DNA of 64,000 bases from a virus (IMGVR_UViG_3300029705_000018), one strand, 5' to 3'; shown: positions 18,768-29,232, numbered from the stretch's first letter. The notes: generated from the sequence alone by a model not told the origin. Translations and numbers: made by a program.

Positions 18768-19520
18768 TCAGCCGATTGCTGAACCGGGTTCGCGCAATAA
18801 ATATTTTGATGTTTTAGGTTGAAGCATTTCCAAAGTTATATTATCTAATTCAGTATAAGGAATGCGAATAATTGGAATGCTATGTTGATGACAATATTGA
18901 TTTTTTATTTGATCATGTTCTCTCGTTTTTATAAACTTTTCTTTGTTATCATATACTCCATTACCTTGGATAAAATGTTGTCTACCATCATATTCAATAA
19001 TATAAGAATTATTTACATAAAAATCAAATCTAGCAGGGTTTTTAGTATCCTCGAATACTAAATCACTAAAACGCTTTTCTTGAATAAAAGGAATGTTATT
19101 CTGCTCTAATATTTCTTTTATTTTTCGACTACCTTTTGATTCAACTAAGCACCCACATGATTCTTGATGATGAAGATTGTCAGTCTGAATAATGGCATTT
19201 TCATTACCGCATAAATTACAGCGACAACGCCATTTATGTCTTTCTTGTCCTTTACTTCCCATGATAGACTCTAGTACAGTAAAGTTTCCAATGGTTTGTC
19301 CAACTAAATTTTTTGTAGAAGCTTCACTAGTTCTTATTTTTTGGTAACATCCACAACTTTTAGTTTTTCCATTCCGTAAAGACGCTCCTTTTACTATAGT
19401 CATTTTTCCGCACTTACATTTACATAGCCACTGGGCTCGTCCAGAAGCATCATTCTAGGCTCGGTCTATAACTTCTAAAAATTCATATATATTTCCACGT
19501 TCGTCAATTATTTTTGACAT
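18768..19520 (-). CDS. double zinc-ribbon plus PD-(D/E)XK-like domain protein (paralog of 14297..15019) with an in-frame TAG
   Basis: The six-frame ORF 18768..19403 extends upstream in the same frame through a TAG at 19455-19457 to the ATG at 19518-19520 (AGAAGGAG ribosome-binding site). The extension gives ...VIDRA-(TAG)-NDASGRAQWLCKCKCGKM..., which matches the N-terminal W-CKC-CG repeat of the paralog. Confidence 0.5.
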
Positions 19521-19614
19521 AAAATCAACTCCTTCTAATATATATGAAAAAGAGGGATAGAAATCTATCCCTCTTTGACCAAAATTATGCGACTTTACTG
19601 ACAGTTGTCCGCGA

Positions 19615-20031
19615 TTAGTCTCGAGCAATCAATCGGTAAGCCATAACCTTTCTTGCCTTAGAGCCCGCGCTGGCAGGAATGGTAACCTGAGTCTTTTCAG
19701 CGGTCTCTGCTTCAACCAGCTTGTTCAAGCGATACTGAACCTTGGAAACGGTGGCATCAGCATTGGTTTCCGCAACAGCGGCAGCGATATCAGCGATGAC
19801 CTGGAACTCATCGGTCAGAACAGCCTCGACCTGATCCATCAGAACATCAGCCTCAGCCTTCTTGGCAGCGGCACGCTCCTTAGCCTTAGCGGCCTTGGCG
19901 TCCAGAGAAGCGATCTCCTTTTCACAGAAAGCCACAACAGTGGCGGCGTCGAACTTGCAGGAGCCGGTCTCGAAAGTCTCCTTGATAGCCTCATACATCT
20001 CACGCTTAGTAATCTTTTCCATAGTTTTCAC
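19615..20031 (-). CDS. hypothetical protein
   Basis: 138 aa with an Ala/Lys/Glu-rich helical region. Promoter copy at 20060-20115 and an AAGGTG ribosome-binding site. Confidence 0.5.
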   Translation of the reverse strand: MKTMEKITKREMYEAIKETFETGSCKFDAATVVAFCEKEIASLDAKAAKAKERAAAKKAEADVLMDQVEAVLTDEFQVIADIAAAVAETNADATVSKVQYRLNKLVEAETAEKTQVTIPASAGSKARKVMAYRLIARD

Positions 20032-20121
20032 CTTATACCTTTCAAAATTTTTTTATTTCTTGTGTAAGGATTTCCTTTACCTTACATATATATTATATAA
20101 TATTTTTTTTGAAAAATCAAA

Positions 20122-21717
20122 TTAGAGTTTTTCGATTAGAGCATCCCGCTCTTCTTCCGTAGAAGCATTGCGGATTGCCACCAACAAATCTACGGTTCGA
20201 TAATCCAGGTCAACACCCAGAGCATCTTCGTCAATATTGCGAAGGTCAAACGCAAGACGCTCGATACCGTATTCGTCCTTTACGAGAAGAACCTCGCCAT
20301 ATTCTTTCTTATAGCAACCATGCTGATAGCAGTAGTTACAGATGGAGATATAGTATCTCCAATTATCGAATGTTTCTACTCCTGGCATTTGGATGTAGAT
20401 GTGGCGCATATCAGATTCACTGGTGTGATCATCACAGCACTCACATCTTTCCAACTCATTGTAGTAGCAATACTCACAATAGAGTCTTCCATCTCCGCCA
20501 GTATAGCACTCTCCACCGGACCATTCGCCGCAGTGAGAGCAATAGAAGTAACCATTACAACGGCGGCAACGCACGTCGCAAGGATCAACTTCTTTTGGCT
20601 CAATAACCTCTCCGCATCCAGTGCAGATTGCGGGTCCAGACACGTTGAGATAGAACCGATCATTCTTGGCGAAATACTCAGGTGCCACATAAGCCAAACG
20701 CTGATTATAAATATCATTATACATATAATCCATATTCAGACTTACATAAACCCGGTTACCGCCAAAGACATTATTCTTGAAATTCTCAATCTGGCAAGTC
20801 TCTTCTGCGTAGGGGCCATAAGGCTTACAAGGAGTCATCAGCTCCCGCAACCACTTGATAGTAGTTCCCTGGAGGACGTCGCTGTTATAAGGATATTGGC
20901 GATTACCAAGAATCATTTCCGGAGAAACCACATACAACTGGCGCCAACGCTTGTTGTTCCAGGTATCTCCGTTATATTCCAAAGACATAGGTTCCTTAGC
21001 TTCCACATAGGCGATAACAACGCAGGGAGAGTTCATCATTTCGATGGTTCCCAGTCGATAATCGCCCGGCTCATCCATCCAGCTCATACAGGAACCCCAG
21101 TTAGAAGCATTATCGCTCATGGTCAAAAAGTCCAGAGGATGAATACTCAAACACAGATTACCTCTAATCTGCTTCTGGTTCAGAACCTGGGAGTGAGCCT
21201 GTCGGAAAGCCTCATAGTGCTCAGCGCAGTTAAGAGCTTCGGCAATCTTACCAAGCATCTTACTGGCCTTACAGTTCTGGTTGACCTGCAAGGGGCGACC
21301 AGTCACGGTAAAAATTGCCGGAATGGTAATAGCAGGTCCGTCATAAATATTTTTTACCAGCATCGCGTAGTCATCTACGAAACGCTTCATGTTGTAATAT
21401 TCATCGGTATAGGGAGGAAATACTGTCCTTATACGATTCTTGAATTCATTTCGGAAGAGAGCAGCAACAGGACAGCCATAGCGCAGAGTGTCTTCCATCT
21501 CTTCTTCCATGTCTTCACAAGGCTTATCAAAACAAACAGCCTTTTTGATGATAAAGTTTTCACCAAAAGCCTCGTAGAAAGGCTGTTTAGCAGTATCCCA
21601 ATAACGAAGGAAATAGTTCATTTCCTCACGGGGGAGAGGGCTTCCTCCGCTATAAAGATCCAGGTATTTCCACAGCGTGTCAACATCAACAGTTGGCAAC
21701 TTATCATACAAACTCAT
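20122..21717 (-). CDS. large protein of unknown function with C-terminal zinc-ribbon cluster (paralog B)
   Basis: 531 aa. Shares the blocks RGNLCLSIHPLDFLTMSDNASNWGSC, WRQLYV and GNRQYPY with 15095..16516. The C-terminus has many CxxC pairs. The antisense 518-aa ORF on the plus strand is a shadow ORF. Confidence 0.55.
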   Translation of the reverse strand: MSLYDKLPTVDVDTLWKYLDLYSGGSPLPREEMNYFLRYWDTAKQPFYEAFGENFIIKKAVCFDKPCEDMEEEMEDTLRYGCPVAALFRNEFKNRIRTVFPPYTDEYYNMKRFVDDYAMLVKNIYDGPAITIPAIFTVTGRPLQVNQNCKASKMLGKIAEALNCAEHYEAFRQAHSQVLNQKQIRGNLCLSIHPLDFLTMSDNASNWGSCMSWMDEPGDYRLGTIEMMNSPCVVIAYVEAKEPMSLEYNGDTWNNKRWRQLYVVSPEMILGNRQYPYNSDVLQGTTIKWLRELMTPCKPYGPYAEETCQIENFKNNVFGGNRVYVSLNMDYMYNDIYNQRLAYVAPEYFAKNDRFYLNVSGPAICTGCGEVIEPKEVDPCDVRCRRCNGYFYCSHCGEWSGGECYTGGDGRLYCEYCYYNELERCECCDDHTSESDMRHIYIQMPGVETFDNWRYYISICNYCYQHGCYKKEYGEVLLVKDEYGIERLAFDLRNIDEDALGVDLDYRTVDLLVAIRNASTEEERDALIEKL

Positions 21718-21817
21718 TTGCTTTTTACCTCTTTTTCATATCTTGTATATATATTATACAAAATATTTTATAAAAAATCAAGTAAGCTCCTCTGCTCCAA
21801 GCAGAGGAGCCTTATGA

Positions 21818-22999
21818 TTAGTTATGGTTGCCGCAGTTACCACCGCAGTTGCACTCATGTGCGGGTGCGGGATTGAAGGCGCCCATCATCATGGCCAGAG
21901 CCATGGGATCAACGTTCTCCTTGCCCATCAGACAGTAGAACATCATGGGGTTCATGGTATTCATGCCGCCGTTAGCCATCACCATGAAGGGCAGCAGCTC
22001 CTTCATGTCGTTGTTCTCATCGCCCAGGGCCATCAACATCCACATATTACCAAAGGGGTTCTCGGCAGTTGCCTCACCGCTGAACATACCGCCCAGCAGG
22101 TTGATAACCTTGGTGGCGAAGTGGAAACCGAAGGGGGAACGGGTCAGCATGATCTCCTTGCGCTCACCGACCACAGGGTCGACCGCAAACAGAGCCTTCT
22201 TATCTTCGGAAATGCCCACAACGAACATGGGAACATTCTGGTGGACAATGGTATCGCCGATAGCGATGTCCTTGATAGCGACAGGCATCTTCCAGATGTA
22301 CTTGGCGCCGTCGAAGTTCAGAACGTCAACGTCGACGATCTCATCATTTTTGGCATCGTAGGACACGAAAGTGCCGGTCTTATTCTTGATGGCCAGGCCA
22401 TACATGGACATTCTCACAACAGCGGGATTGACAGGACCGAAATCAAAATTGAAACCCTTCATAGTAGTATTCTCCTTTTTATCTTCTTCGTTTGTATTGA
22501 TTTTACTTTCCAGAGCGGCGACACGCTCTTCAATGTGATTGACGGCGGAAATGTCCGCCTTGGTGTTTAAGCCCATGATTTCCACAGTGGGCTCGGTGTG
22601 GTCGGAAGCAATGATACCGACCTTGGCTTCACTCAAAGCCTTTTTCATGTCTCCTTCAAACGCGCCCCTTATTACTTCGTCGCGCCAGTTGGGGGCAGGG
22701 TAATAGGAGGAGTAGTATCCATCTTCGTATCTTTCCCAGTCCATACAGTAATCATCCATCATAAATTGTCCGAAACTATTGTCGTCGGCCTCAAAGTGAT
22801 GAACCGTATTACCTAGGATAATATCGACACCCCAATTGTCCCACTCAACGAGAACATCCTTGACGGGCTCGGAGGGATGTGTCATTTGTCGCCACATATT
22901 ATATGGCATCTTCTGCAGAACTTTTTCATCGACGAGCTTGGAGAAGTCACCCATGATGATCTGCAGTTCGTGAAAAGTCAATTCATATGACCTTACCAT
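21818..22999 (-). CDS. hypothetical protein with a Met/Gly-rich C-terminus
   Basis: ORF of 393 aa. Promoter copy at ~21725-21780. Confidence 0.5.
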   Translation of the reverse strand: MVRSYELTFHELQIIMGDFSKLVDEKVLQKMPYNMWRQMTHPSEPVKDVLVEWDNWGVDIILGNTVHHFEADDNSFGQFMMDDYCMDWERYEDGYYSSYYPAPNWRDEVIRGAFEGDMKKALSEAKVGIIASDHTEPTVEIMGLNTKADISAVNHIEERVAALESKINTNEEDKKENTTMKGFNFDFGPVNPAVVRMSMYGLAIKNKTGTFVSYDAKNDEIVDVDVLNFDGAKYIWKMPVAIKDIAIGDTIVHQNVPMFVVGISEDKKALFAVDPVVGERKEIMLTRSPFGFHFATKVINLLGGMFSGEATAENPFGNMWMLMALGDENNDMKELLPFMVMANGGMNTMNPMMFYCLMGKENVDPMALAMMMGAFNPAPAHECNCGGNCGNHN

Positions 23000-23283
23000 C
23001 TCTTTGCGACCTCTTTCTCAATATATTCTATCTCTGCATCAGTCAAGCAATCGAGAGAATAACCAAAAATCTGCCGAGCGAGACTACGCTGAACCTCGTA
23101 ATCATTAGGATCAGGGCATGCCGCCAGGGCATTGATATAATCTTCAATCTCTTGCTGATGAAAAGCATACGCAGAAAAAGCGACATTTGTCACTTTGTTA
23201 CGATGATCGGGTGCCCATAAATCATACGGGCAATCATCTCTTACACAGGGGTTATCCCCGCAAGTCCAACTCATACACGCCAC
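22993..23283 (-). CDS. hypothetical protein
   Basis: 96 aa. Start codon overlaps the neighbouring gene, consistent with operon organisation. Confidence 0.4.
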   Translation of the reverse strand: MACMSWTCGDNPCVRDDCPYDLWAPDHRNKVTNVAFSAYAFHQQEIEDYINALAACPDPNDYEVQRSLARQIFGYSLDCLTDAEIEYIEKEVAKRW

Positions 23284-23582
23284 CTCGTCTGACTAGATTC
23301 CCACAGAAGATCAAAGGCTTCTGCATAAGTGTATCCCTCTGGAGCGATAGCAAAACCGCCGACATAGCCAAACAGCCAATCTACCAGAGCATCGTCCAGC
23401 TTTTCAGCGGGGCCGACATAATCGATCAGGCAGAAACCCCGGATATCGTAAGTCTCGGTATGAGGCTTACCCAGCTTTTCCAGAAGGAAGCGGGCATTCT
23501 CAAAGGTCTCGCCCTCTTCAGTGGCGAACATAGAATCATGGTTGTCATCATCCAGGGCCAGAACACGAATTACCTTATCCAT
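23271..23582 (-). CDS. hypothetical protein
   Basis: 103 aa. Confidence 0.4.
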   Translation of the reverse strand: MDKVIRVLALDDDNHDSMFATEEGETFENARFLLEKLGKPHTETYDIRGFCLIDYVGPAEKLDDALVDWLFGYVGGFAIAPEGYTYAEAFDLLWESSQTRWRV

Positions 23583-23592
23583 AATTTCCTCC

Positions 23593-23874
23593 TTAGCGAT
23601 AAAAGTCGGCGGGCTTCAGTCCGTTGCAGAAGTAATCCATCAGATCCAGAGTGTTACTGTAATCACACTCGCCGCACTCGATATCAATATCCAGGCAGGC
23701 GGTAGGAAACTCCTTTTTCAGCTCATTGAATGCATTGCACAGAGTGGCAACCAATTCATTGTAGCGAGCCTCCTTACGAGCATTACGCTCTTTGACGATT
23801 GCGGCTTCCATCTTCTGGAGCTCTTCAAAAGTCAGACCGGAAAAATCGTATTCCATAGTATCAATTCCTTTCAA
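23593..23874 (-). CDS. hypothetical protein
   Basis: 93 aa. Confidence 0.4.
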   Translation of the reverse strand: MKGIDTMEYDFSGLTFEELQKMEAAIVKERNARKEARYNELVATLCNAFNELKKEFPTACLDIDIECGECDYSNTLDLMDYFCNGLKPADFYR

Positions 23875-24100
23875 AGTGAGTACAAGGTGGATTCACGCAC
23901 CACCTCTTGAATTCTCGCGGCTAACCTCCCTAATTTCTGTGGCGCTACGGTTGCCTTAGCGCGGGGACGATGCCCCAGGGTTTTCACCCCTCTACAGCTC
24001 ATTACAGCGTGTAGTAGGCCGGGTTTTGAAGTTTTTCCTTACTTGTAAGGTTTTCTTCCTTTACCTTACATATATATTATATCATATTTTTTTTGAAAAA

Positions 24101-25267
24101 TCAATTAGCGACCGTATTGCTGCGAATATGGCTTGCTGCGACGGCCGCAGCATCCCTCAGTTCAACATACATCTTCCGCAGGTTGTTGTATTCCTCTTCA
24201 TTTGCCTTGAGCTGGCGCTGCAGGATATCGACATCAGATTCCAGTCGACGAGTCTGGTCTTCCCAATACTCGGCATTGGCATGGTTGCTGGCAGACTGCT
24301 CATATAGAGCATCGTAAGAGTTCTTCATTCTCTTGGCTTCTTCCTCAGCCGCCAGAGCTTCATGATGGAACTGCTTTGCCAGGTCGACATTGTCAGAAGC
24401 GATGCGCTTCCAACGCTCTACCTCTTCCTGCAGGCTCTGAATTACGGCTTCGTAATTGATGATGGTGCTCTTCTGATCATTGGCCACCTGAGCCCACTCT
24501 TCATTCTTATTTCGCAGCCACTCAACCTGCTTTTCCAGTTCGTCGATTCGACAGTCACGCTCCATCAGTTCCAGATGCAGGTCTTCGGCTTCGGTTCGAG
24601 CAGTGTCTCGTTCATTGCGAGCATTCACCACCATATCAGCCAGTTCGGAAGTGGCGCGGACGGCGATGTCATTGGTCTTATCCTTCTCAGCCATGCGAGC
24701 GCGCAGACGCTCATTTTCAGCGATGGTGATATTCCGATCAGTCTTCAGCTCCTGGATTTCAGTAGCCATCTCGGCAATGGTGCGGTTGGCTTCATCAACT
24801 TCCTGACCCAGGTCTTCACGGAACTCCTGCAGATTGGCGATGGTTTGCTTAGCAGTATCCAGCTCATATGCAGCATCTTCAGCTCGCTTTTCCGCACGGT
24901 CAACCTGCATCCGCAGACCACGGTTTTCGCGCTGAAGCTCTTCAATCTGCTTGTGGAGCATATCCCAGCCCATCTCACGCAGAGTTGCGTTCTTCTTGGC
25001 GATTACCAGAGCATCTTCTGCATCCTTGCGAGTGGTTTCACTGGCCTCGATCTGGTCATTCAGCTCCTGAATCAGAGCTGCTTGCTGATCTCGTTTGGTA
25101 ATCAGGTCCAGAATCTTGCCCTGATCTTCAGCGTGCCAGCCTCTATACAGAGCCAGGTCATGGCGCATATCTTCCATTTCTTTCAGCATGGAAGAATACT
25201 TGTCAGCGGTCAGCATCACAGTAGGCTTCTTAAAATTTACTTTTACCTTCATTGAGTGTTCCTCCAT
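24101..25267 (-). CDS. coiled-coil protein (SMC/myosin-tail-like heptad repeats)
   Basis: 388 aa, almost entirely E/K/R/L/Q-rich heptads. Promoter copy at 25285-25335. Confidence 0.55.
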   Translation of the reverse strand: MEEHSMKVKVNFKKPTVMLTADKYSSMLKEMEDMRHDLALYRGWHAEDQGKILDLITKRDQQAALIQELNDQIEASETTRKDAEDALVIAKKNATLREMGWDMLHKQIEELQRENRGLRMQVDRAEKRAEDAAYELDTAKQTIANLQEFREDLGQEVDEANRTIAEMATEIQELKTDRNITIAENERLRARMAEKDKTNDIAVRATSELADMVVNARNERDTARTEAEDLHLELMERDCRIDELEKQVEWLRNKNEEWAQVANDQKSTIINYEAVIQSLQEEVERWKRIASDNVDLAKQFHHEALAAEEEAKRMKNSYDALYEQSASNHANAEYWEDQTRRLESDVDILQRQLKANEEEYNNLRKMYVELRDAAAVAASHIRSNTVAN

Positions 25268-25381
25268 AACTTTGTTTCATTTCTCTCTCAACCTTACATA
25301 TATATTATATCATATTTTTTTATAAAAATCAAAAAAGCCTCTCTGCGCTAGGAGGCTTCTTATTATAACGATAATCAGATA

Positions 25382-25765
25382 TTATTCTTTCTTTCCGATT
25401 AGCTCTTCACGCACACCATATTCCAGCAGACGAACTGCTCGTTTATGTGCTGCAATAAGCTCGTCCGCAGGCCTGCCACTCAGATCTTCCACAATCTGAC
25501 GCAGGATAGCATTTTCGCTCTTGGCTTCGATCGCGGCGTTCATGAACTTATTACTTTCCGCGGTAATGCGGAGAGCCGCAGCTTCTTTTTCTCGATGAAT
25601 CATATTCTGATCATCCAGCTGCTTCTGGAGTTCTTTATTCTTTTTATCGGACTCCAGCCAGCTGTGGCGGTAATGAGAAACGTCCTGTTCAGCTTCATCC
25701 AGATCACAGACATATTGGGCAATTTCTCGCTCATGACGAGCCTTGGTCATAAAAAACATATTCAC
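25382..25765 (-). CDS. coiled-coil protein
   Basis: 127 aa. Confidence 0.45.
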   Translation of the reverse strand: MNMFFMTKARHEREIAQYVCDLDEAEQDVSHYRHSWLESDKKNKELQKQLDDQNMIHREKEAAALRITAESNKFMNAAIEAKSENAILRQIVEDLSGRPADELIAAHKRAVRLLEYGVREELIGKKE

Positions 25766-25771
25766 TCCTCC

Positions 25772-26200
25772 TTACAGATGATCCAGCTCTTCCAGATACT
25801 CGGCCTCAGAGATTTCTACAATCTCACAGCCGCACTCCTGGTAGTACATTTCTTCATACTCTTCTTCGTCTTCGTAGCCGAAGGTTTCATAGTCAGCCGG
25901 GTCGAACCATTCGGCAGCGCAGTCAGCCATCAGATCGTCGGGTAAGCCGGAAGCGAGAACCTCATGTTCGCTCTCACCCTTGGCGACCGCAGTCAGCTCC
26001 TCACCACAGTAAGGAGTATAAGCACGTAAACGGAAATACTTCATTTTCTTTTCCTCCTTCTTAGGAGCCCACATAGCTTGGACTGCCTTTTCAATAGCTT
26101 CTTTCATTTCTTCAGAGAGGGGAGGTTTTCCCATTCCCACAATAATCACAGGCCCATGAAAACTCATTCCTCTACCTCCACGATAAAGTCCAGGCCGCAA
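25772..26200 (-). CDS. hypothetical acidic protein
   Basis: 142 aa. Confidence 0.45.
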   Translation of the reverse strand: MRPGLYRGGRGMSFHGPVIIVGMGKPPLSEEMKEAIEKAVQAMWAPKKEEKKMKYFRLRAYTPYCGEELTAVAKGESEHEVLASGLPDDLMADCAAEWFDPADYETFGYEDEEEYEEMYYQECGCEIVEISEAEYLEELDHL

Positions 26201-26445
26201 TCATCACACCAGAACTCAGCTTCATTGCCGAAGCCACTCAGCAGGATACAGGTCTTGCCGCACTCGGGACAGTTGGCATAGGGCGGATATTGGCGCACTT
26301 CACCCAGGTCCTGAATATGGATACTGTCCAACAGGAAACCCCAGTCCTGCAAGAAACTCAGAAGTTCTTGCTGACCTTTATCCAGGTCCATGGTGACTTC
26401 GCGTTCACCATCTTCATTGTAAAACCCGAAGCATCTCTTAGCCAT
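26164..26445 (-). CDS. small zinc-ribbon protein
   Basis: 93 aa with CPECGK...CDDCG. Promoter copy at 26465-26515. Confidence 0.45.
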   Translation of the reverse strand: MAKRCFGFYNEDGEREVTMDLDKGQQELLSFLQDWGFLLDSIHIQDLGEVRQYPPYANCPECGKTCILLSGFGNEAEFWCDDCGLDFIVEVEE

Positions 26446-26552
26446 AACTTTTACCAGCCCTTTCCTCTCTCTTTATCTTACATAAATATTATATCATATT
26501 TTTTTATAAAAATCAAAAAACCTCCTGTGAACCAGGAGGTTTGATAATTGTG

Positions 26553-26738
26553 TTATTTGATTGATCCAATCGTGATGGCGGTCGCGCAACCAAGAGGGCA
26601 AAGGATAATGCACAGGATCATAACATCCCAAGCACATTCCAACAGAGCAATGAAAATGCCTATGCCGCAAACGCAGGCTATTACAATGCTTAGAATGAAG
26701 ATGAAATTGAGAATCAGACGGGCAAAGAATTCTTTCAT
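26553..26738 (-). CDS. small two-helix membrane protein
   Basis: 61 aa, hydrophobic. Confidence 0.4.
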   Translation of the reverse strand: MKEFFARLILNFIFILSIVIACVCGIGIFIALLECAWDVMILCIILCPLGCATAITIGSIK

Positions 26739-26786
26739 TAGTTGATTTTCCTTTCTTATTTTTGTATAATTTATTTAGAAAAGAAA

Positions 26787-27158
26787 TCAATCGCAGAAGC
26801 AATCTGCGTCGTCATCATCATATATGCCATCTTCATCTTCTTCATCAAGGAGGACACCATCATGAACGGGAATTACCTTATAAGTAATCCAACCTTCGAC
26901 TTCTTCAGTCATGCGATCATCAACATCCTCGGGATCAACCTGTTCGATGTCGCCATCATACAGTTCATCAGCAATTTCCTGGCGCATGGAATCCCAGGTA
27001 TAAAGGCCATGATAGCCGCCATAGGATTCATACTCTTCCATTGCCAGTTCACGAGCATACTGCTCAGCGTCAGCATGATCAATGAACTCATCGGTGCAAT
27101 GATAGTGAGCACCGCCAAAACCACCGGACAAACCGGCATAAATCTTAAACTTGGGCAT
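26787..27158 (-). CDS. hypothetical acidic protein
   Basis: 123 aa, very Asp/Glu-rich. Confidence 0.45.
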   Translation of the reverse strand: MPKFKIYAGLSGGFGGAHYHCTDEFIDHADAEQYARELAMEEYESYGGYHGLYTWDSMRQEIADELYDGDIEQVDPEDVDDRMTEEVEGWITYKVIPVHDGVLLDEEDEDGIYDDDDADCFCD

Positions 27159-27519
27159 ATCTTACATCCTCTCCGACTACAGGGCAGTCACGCCGCACAC
27201 ATTCCACGACTACCTTAGGCCATGTGTCTAATTCAGAACCGTCTTCAAATGCGATGGTCCAAACGGGACATTCACCGCACCACTGGCAAGGGCGCACAGT
27301 GCGGGCGGCAATGCGCTCGATAGTATGGACCGCCGCATAATTACCAGCAAAACCAATGCCAGCCATCGCCGCAGTTAGTTCGCTCTTGGGCTTATCGTTG
27401 AACGCTTTTTTCCATTCTTCAGAGCCGATGCATTTGATCATCTGCTCCATGAACTCATCTCGATAAACGAGAACCTTATCCTTCTCCATAGAAGTTATCT
27501 CCATGCAGAGTGAAGTCAA
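27145..27519 (-). CDS. hypothetical protein
   Basis: 124 aa, with CQWCGEC. Confidence 0.4.
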   Translation of the reverse strand: MTSLCMEITSMEKDKVLVYRDEFMEQMIKCIGSEEWKKAFNDKPKSELTAAMAGIGFAGNYAAVHTIERIAARTVRPCQWCGECPVWTIAFEDGSELDTWPKVVVECVRRDCPVVGEDVRYAQV

Positions 27520-27907
27520 TGGTATTCAGCTTGGCAATATCCTCCGCAGGATAGAACCAACCATTCCACTTGCTTTCGGAGGCCGCAATCACTTTTTCGT
27601 AGGCTTCGTTATAAGTATTGACCTTGTCGTAATAGTCGTATCGCACATATTCATTATCAGAATATACAACGGTATTGTAATACAGCATCAGGTCGTCATA
27701 ACGAACAGTCAGATAATTCAGGTCGCTCTTGGCCGCGGCGTTCAGGGCGATGCAGAAGATAGCAAAGATGATTGCGACAACCAATGCACCACTGACGATA
27801 CCCTTAGCGAGCTTAGTGGGATGAAGCCAAATAGAGATGGCTGCGACAGTCATTACTACGATTGCGCCCAGTAGAATAAAAAAAGGAATCATATTCAATC
27901 TCTCCAA
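27476..27907 (-). CDS. membrane protein
   Basis: 143 aa. N-terminal transmembrane helix and a second hydrophobic segment. Confidence 0.4.
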   Translation of the reverse strand: MERLNMIPFFILLGAIVVMTVAAISIWLHPTKLAKGIVSGALVVAIIFAIFCIALNAAAKSDLNYLTVRYDDLMLYYNTVVYSDNEYVRYDYYDKVNTYNEAYEKVIAASESKWNGWFYPAEDIAKLNTIDFTLHGDNFYGEG

Positions 27908-28368
27908 TTCGTTTTTTGATTTTTACAACCGCAACCTTCTTGTTTGCGGCAGAATGTATTTGTATCCAGACCATCTTCATTGAAGCACTCGCACTTGGCG
28001 CAGGTTGCCATGACTCGCTTCGGATTCATGATCTGTGTCTGCATAATCATATTGCCTTGTCGCACTTCATGCATGATGAATGGTGGCTCTTGGCAGGTAT
28101 GATCGGTCTGGAAGTAGCAAACATTTGCGCGGGTGCAGGTTTCGCATGGGGTTGCGCTGAGACAGTTGCGGCAAATGATATGAGTATTGCCATCTTGATC
28201 GTAATCAATGATTGGCTGGCTCATGATGATGTTGCCGCAAAGAGCGCATTTAGTTATCGTGGTTGAGAAGATGGGGCATCCCGGTGTTTCGACCGGCATT
28301 TCTCGTCCAAAGACAGGACACTTCCCGTCTTGAAGCGCCTTATAGGCGCACTCGCCGCAAATTTTCAT
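27895..28368 (-). CDS. Cys-rich hypothetical protein
   Basis: 157 aa with more than 20 Cys. Confidence 0.45.
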   Translation of the reverse strand: MKICGECAYKALQDGKCPVFGREMPVETPGCPIFSTTITKCALCGNIIMSQPIIDYDQDGNTHIICRNCLSATPCETCTRANVCYFQTDHTCQEPPFIMHEVRQGNMIMQTQIMNPKRVMATCAKCECFNEDGLDTNTFCRKQEGCGCKNQKTNWRD

Positions 28369-28586
28369 GCTGTCAACATCTCCTTGAAAAATTCCATCTT
28401 ATCATCGGGGATCTCAAAGTAGGAATCGAATGCTTGAATATCAATGCGCACTGACCCGGGAAATTCATCTTCAATTTCATGGCAGGCTTCAGCAATAGAA
28501 TTTGCAAAAGTGAAGCCATTATAGTGTTTTATAACATCTGTCTCGTAGAAATATACTGTATAGAGAATCGCGTATGCCTTGCCCAT
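28365..28586 (-). CDS. hypothetical protein
   Basis: 73 aa. Confidence 0.35.
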   Translation of the reverse strand: MGKAYAILYTVYFYETDVIKHYNGFTFANSIAEACHEIEDEFPGSVRIDIQAFDSYFEIPDDKMEFFKEMLTA

Positions 28587-28789
28587 TACTTTACACCATT
28601 CTTTCTGATAGACTCTTCCATCAAATCCATCAAGCGATTGAAATAAATGGAAGCCATAGTTTCATCGTCAGCCTGATACTTGTTGGTGCTGTCGTCCAGC
28701 CAGGTGATAACGATCTTGTCGCCATCAAGACCAATGTCTTTGATGTTTTTGACATTGATACCCCAGTTCTTATTTACTCTTGCAATCAT
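28586..28789 (-). CDS. hypothetical protein
   Basis: 67 aa. Confidence 0.35.
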   Translation of the reverse strand: MIARVNKNWGINVKNIKDIGLDGDKIVITWLDDSTNKYQADDETMASIYFNRLMDLMEESIRKNGVK

Positions 28790-28792
28790 TGG

Positions 28793-29227
28793 TTATACCT
28801 CCTTCCGGCATACTCCGTAGATGTCTACGGGTTCGTTGTCATAGTCGCAGAGGAAACAATTCAGAATCTCATCGTAGAAACAATGAGCACAGAGTTCACA
28901 ACTGCGCTGGTCGTCGGGGATTTTGAGGATACAATCCCGACGAATAATCTTGGCGAGAGCAGGATCTTGCTTCTTTACATCACTCCAACGCTCCCAGTGA
29001 TACTCGGGGTTGTCGGTGATGTCGCCGGTAATATCGTAAATGCGGCCTTCGATTTCAGTTGCGAAGTGATTGGCCACCTGGTCATACATGATGGGGCAGT
29101 GGAGCGATCCGAAGCGATGCCGCAGAATAACTGTGAAGTGAAAGCACATTCCATTGGAAAATGCATTTTCTGCGCCCAAGTCTCGGAACTGCTTGATGAA
29201 ATCGAGGATCAGTTCTTGTTTAGTCAT
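28793..29227 (-). CDS. hypothetical protein
   Basis: 144 aa. Confidence 0.45.
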   Translation of the reverse strand: MTKQELILDFIKQFRDLGAENAFSNGMCFHFTVILRHRFGSLHCPIMYDQVANHFATEIEGRIYDITGDITDNPEYHWERWSDVKKQDPALAKIIRRDCILKIPDDQRSCELCAHCFYDEILNCFLCDYDNEPVDIYGVCRKEV

Positions 29228-29232
29228 AACGA

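Noticed and set aside
20320-21876. 518-aa plus-strand ORF in the six-frame track
   Set aside because: It is antisense to the well-supported minus-strand gene 20122..21717. Its translation is low-complexity nonsense and it has no promoter or ribosome-binding site. It is a shadow ORF. The same applies to 24362..25255, 33554..34246, 28574..29245 and 21824..22570.
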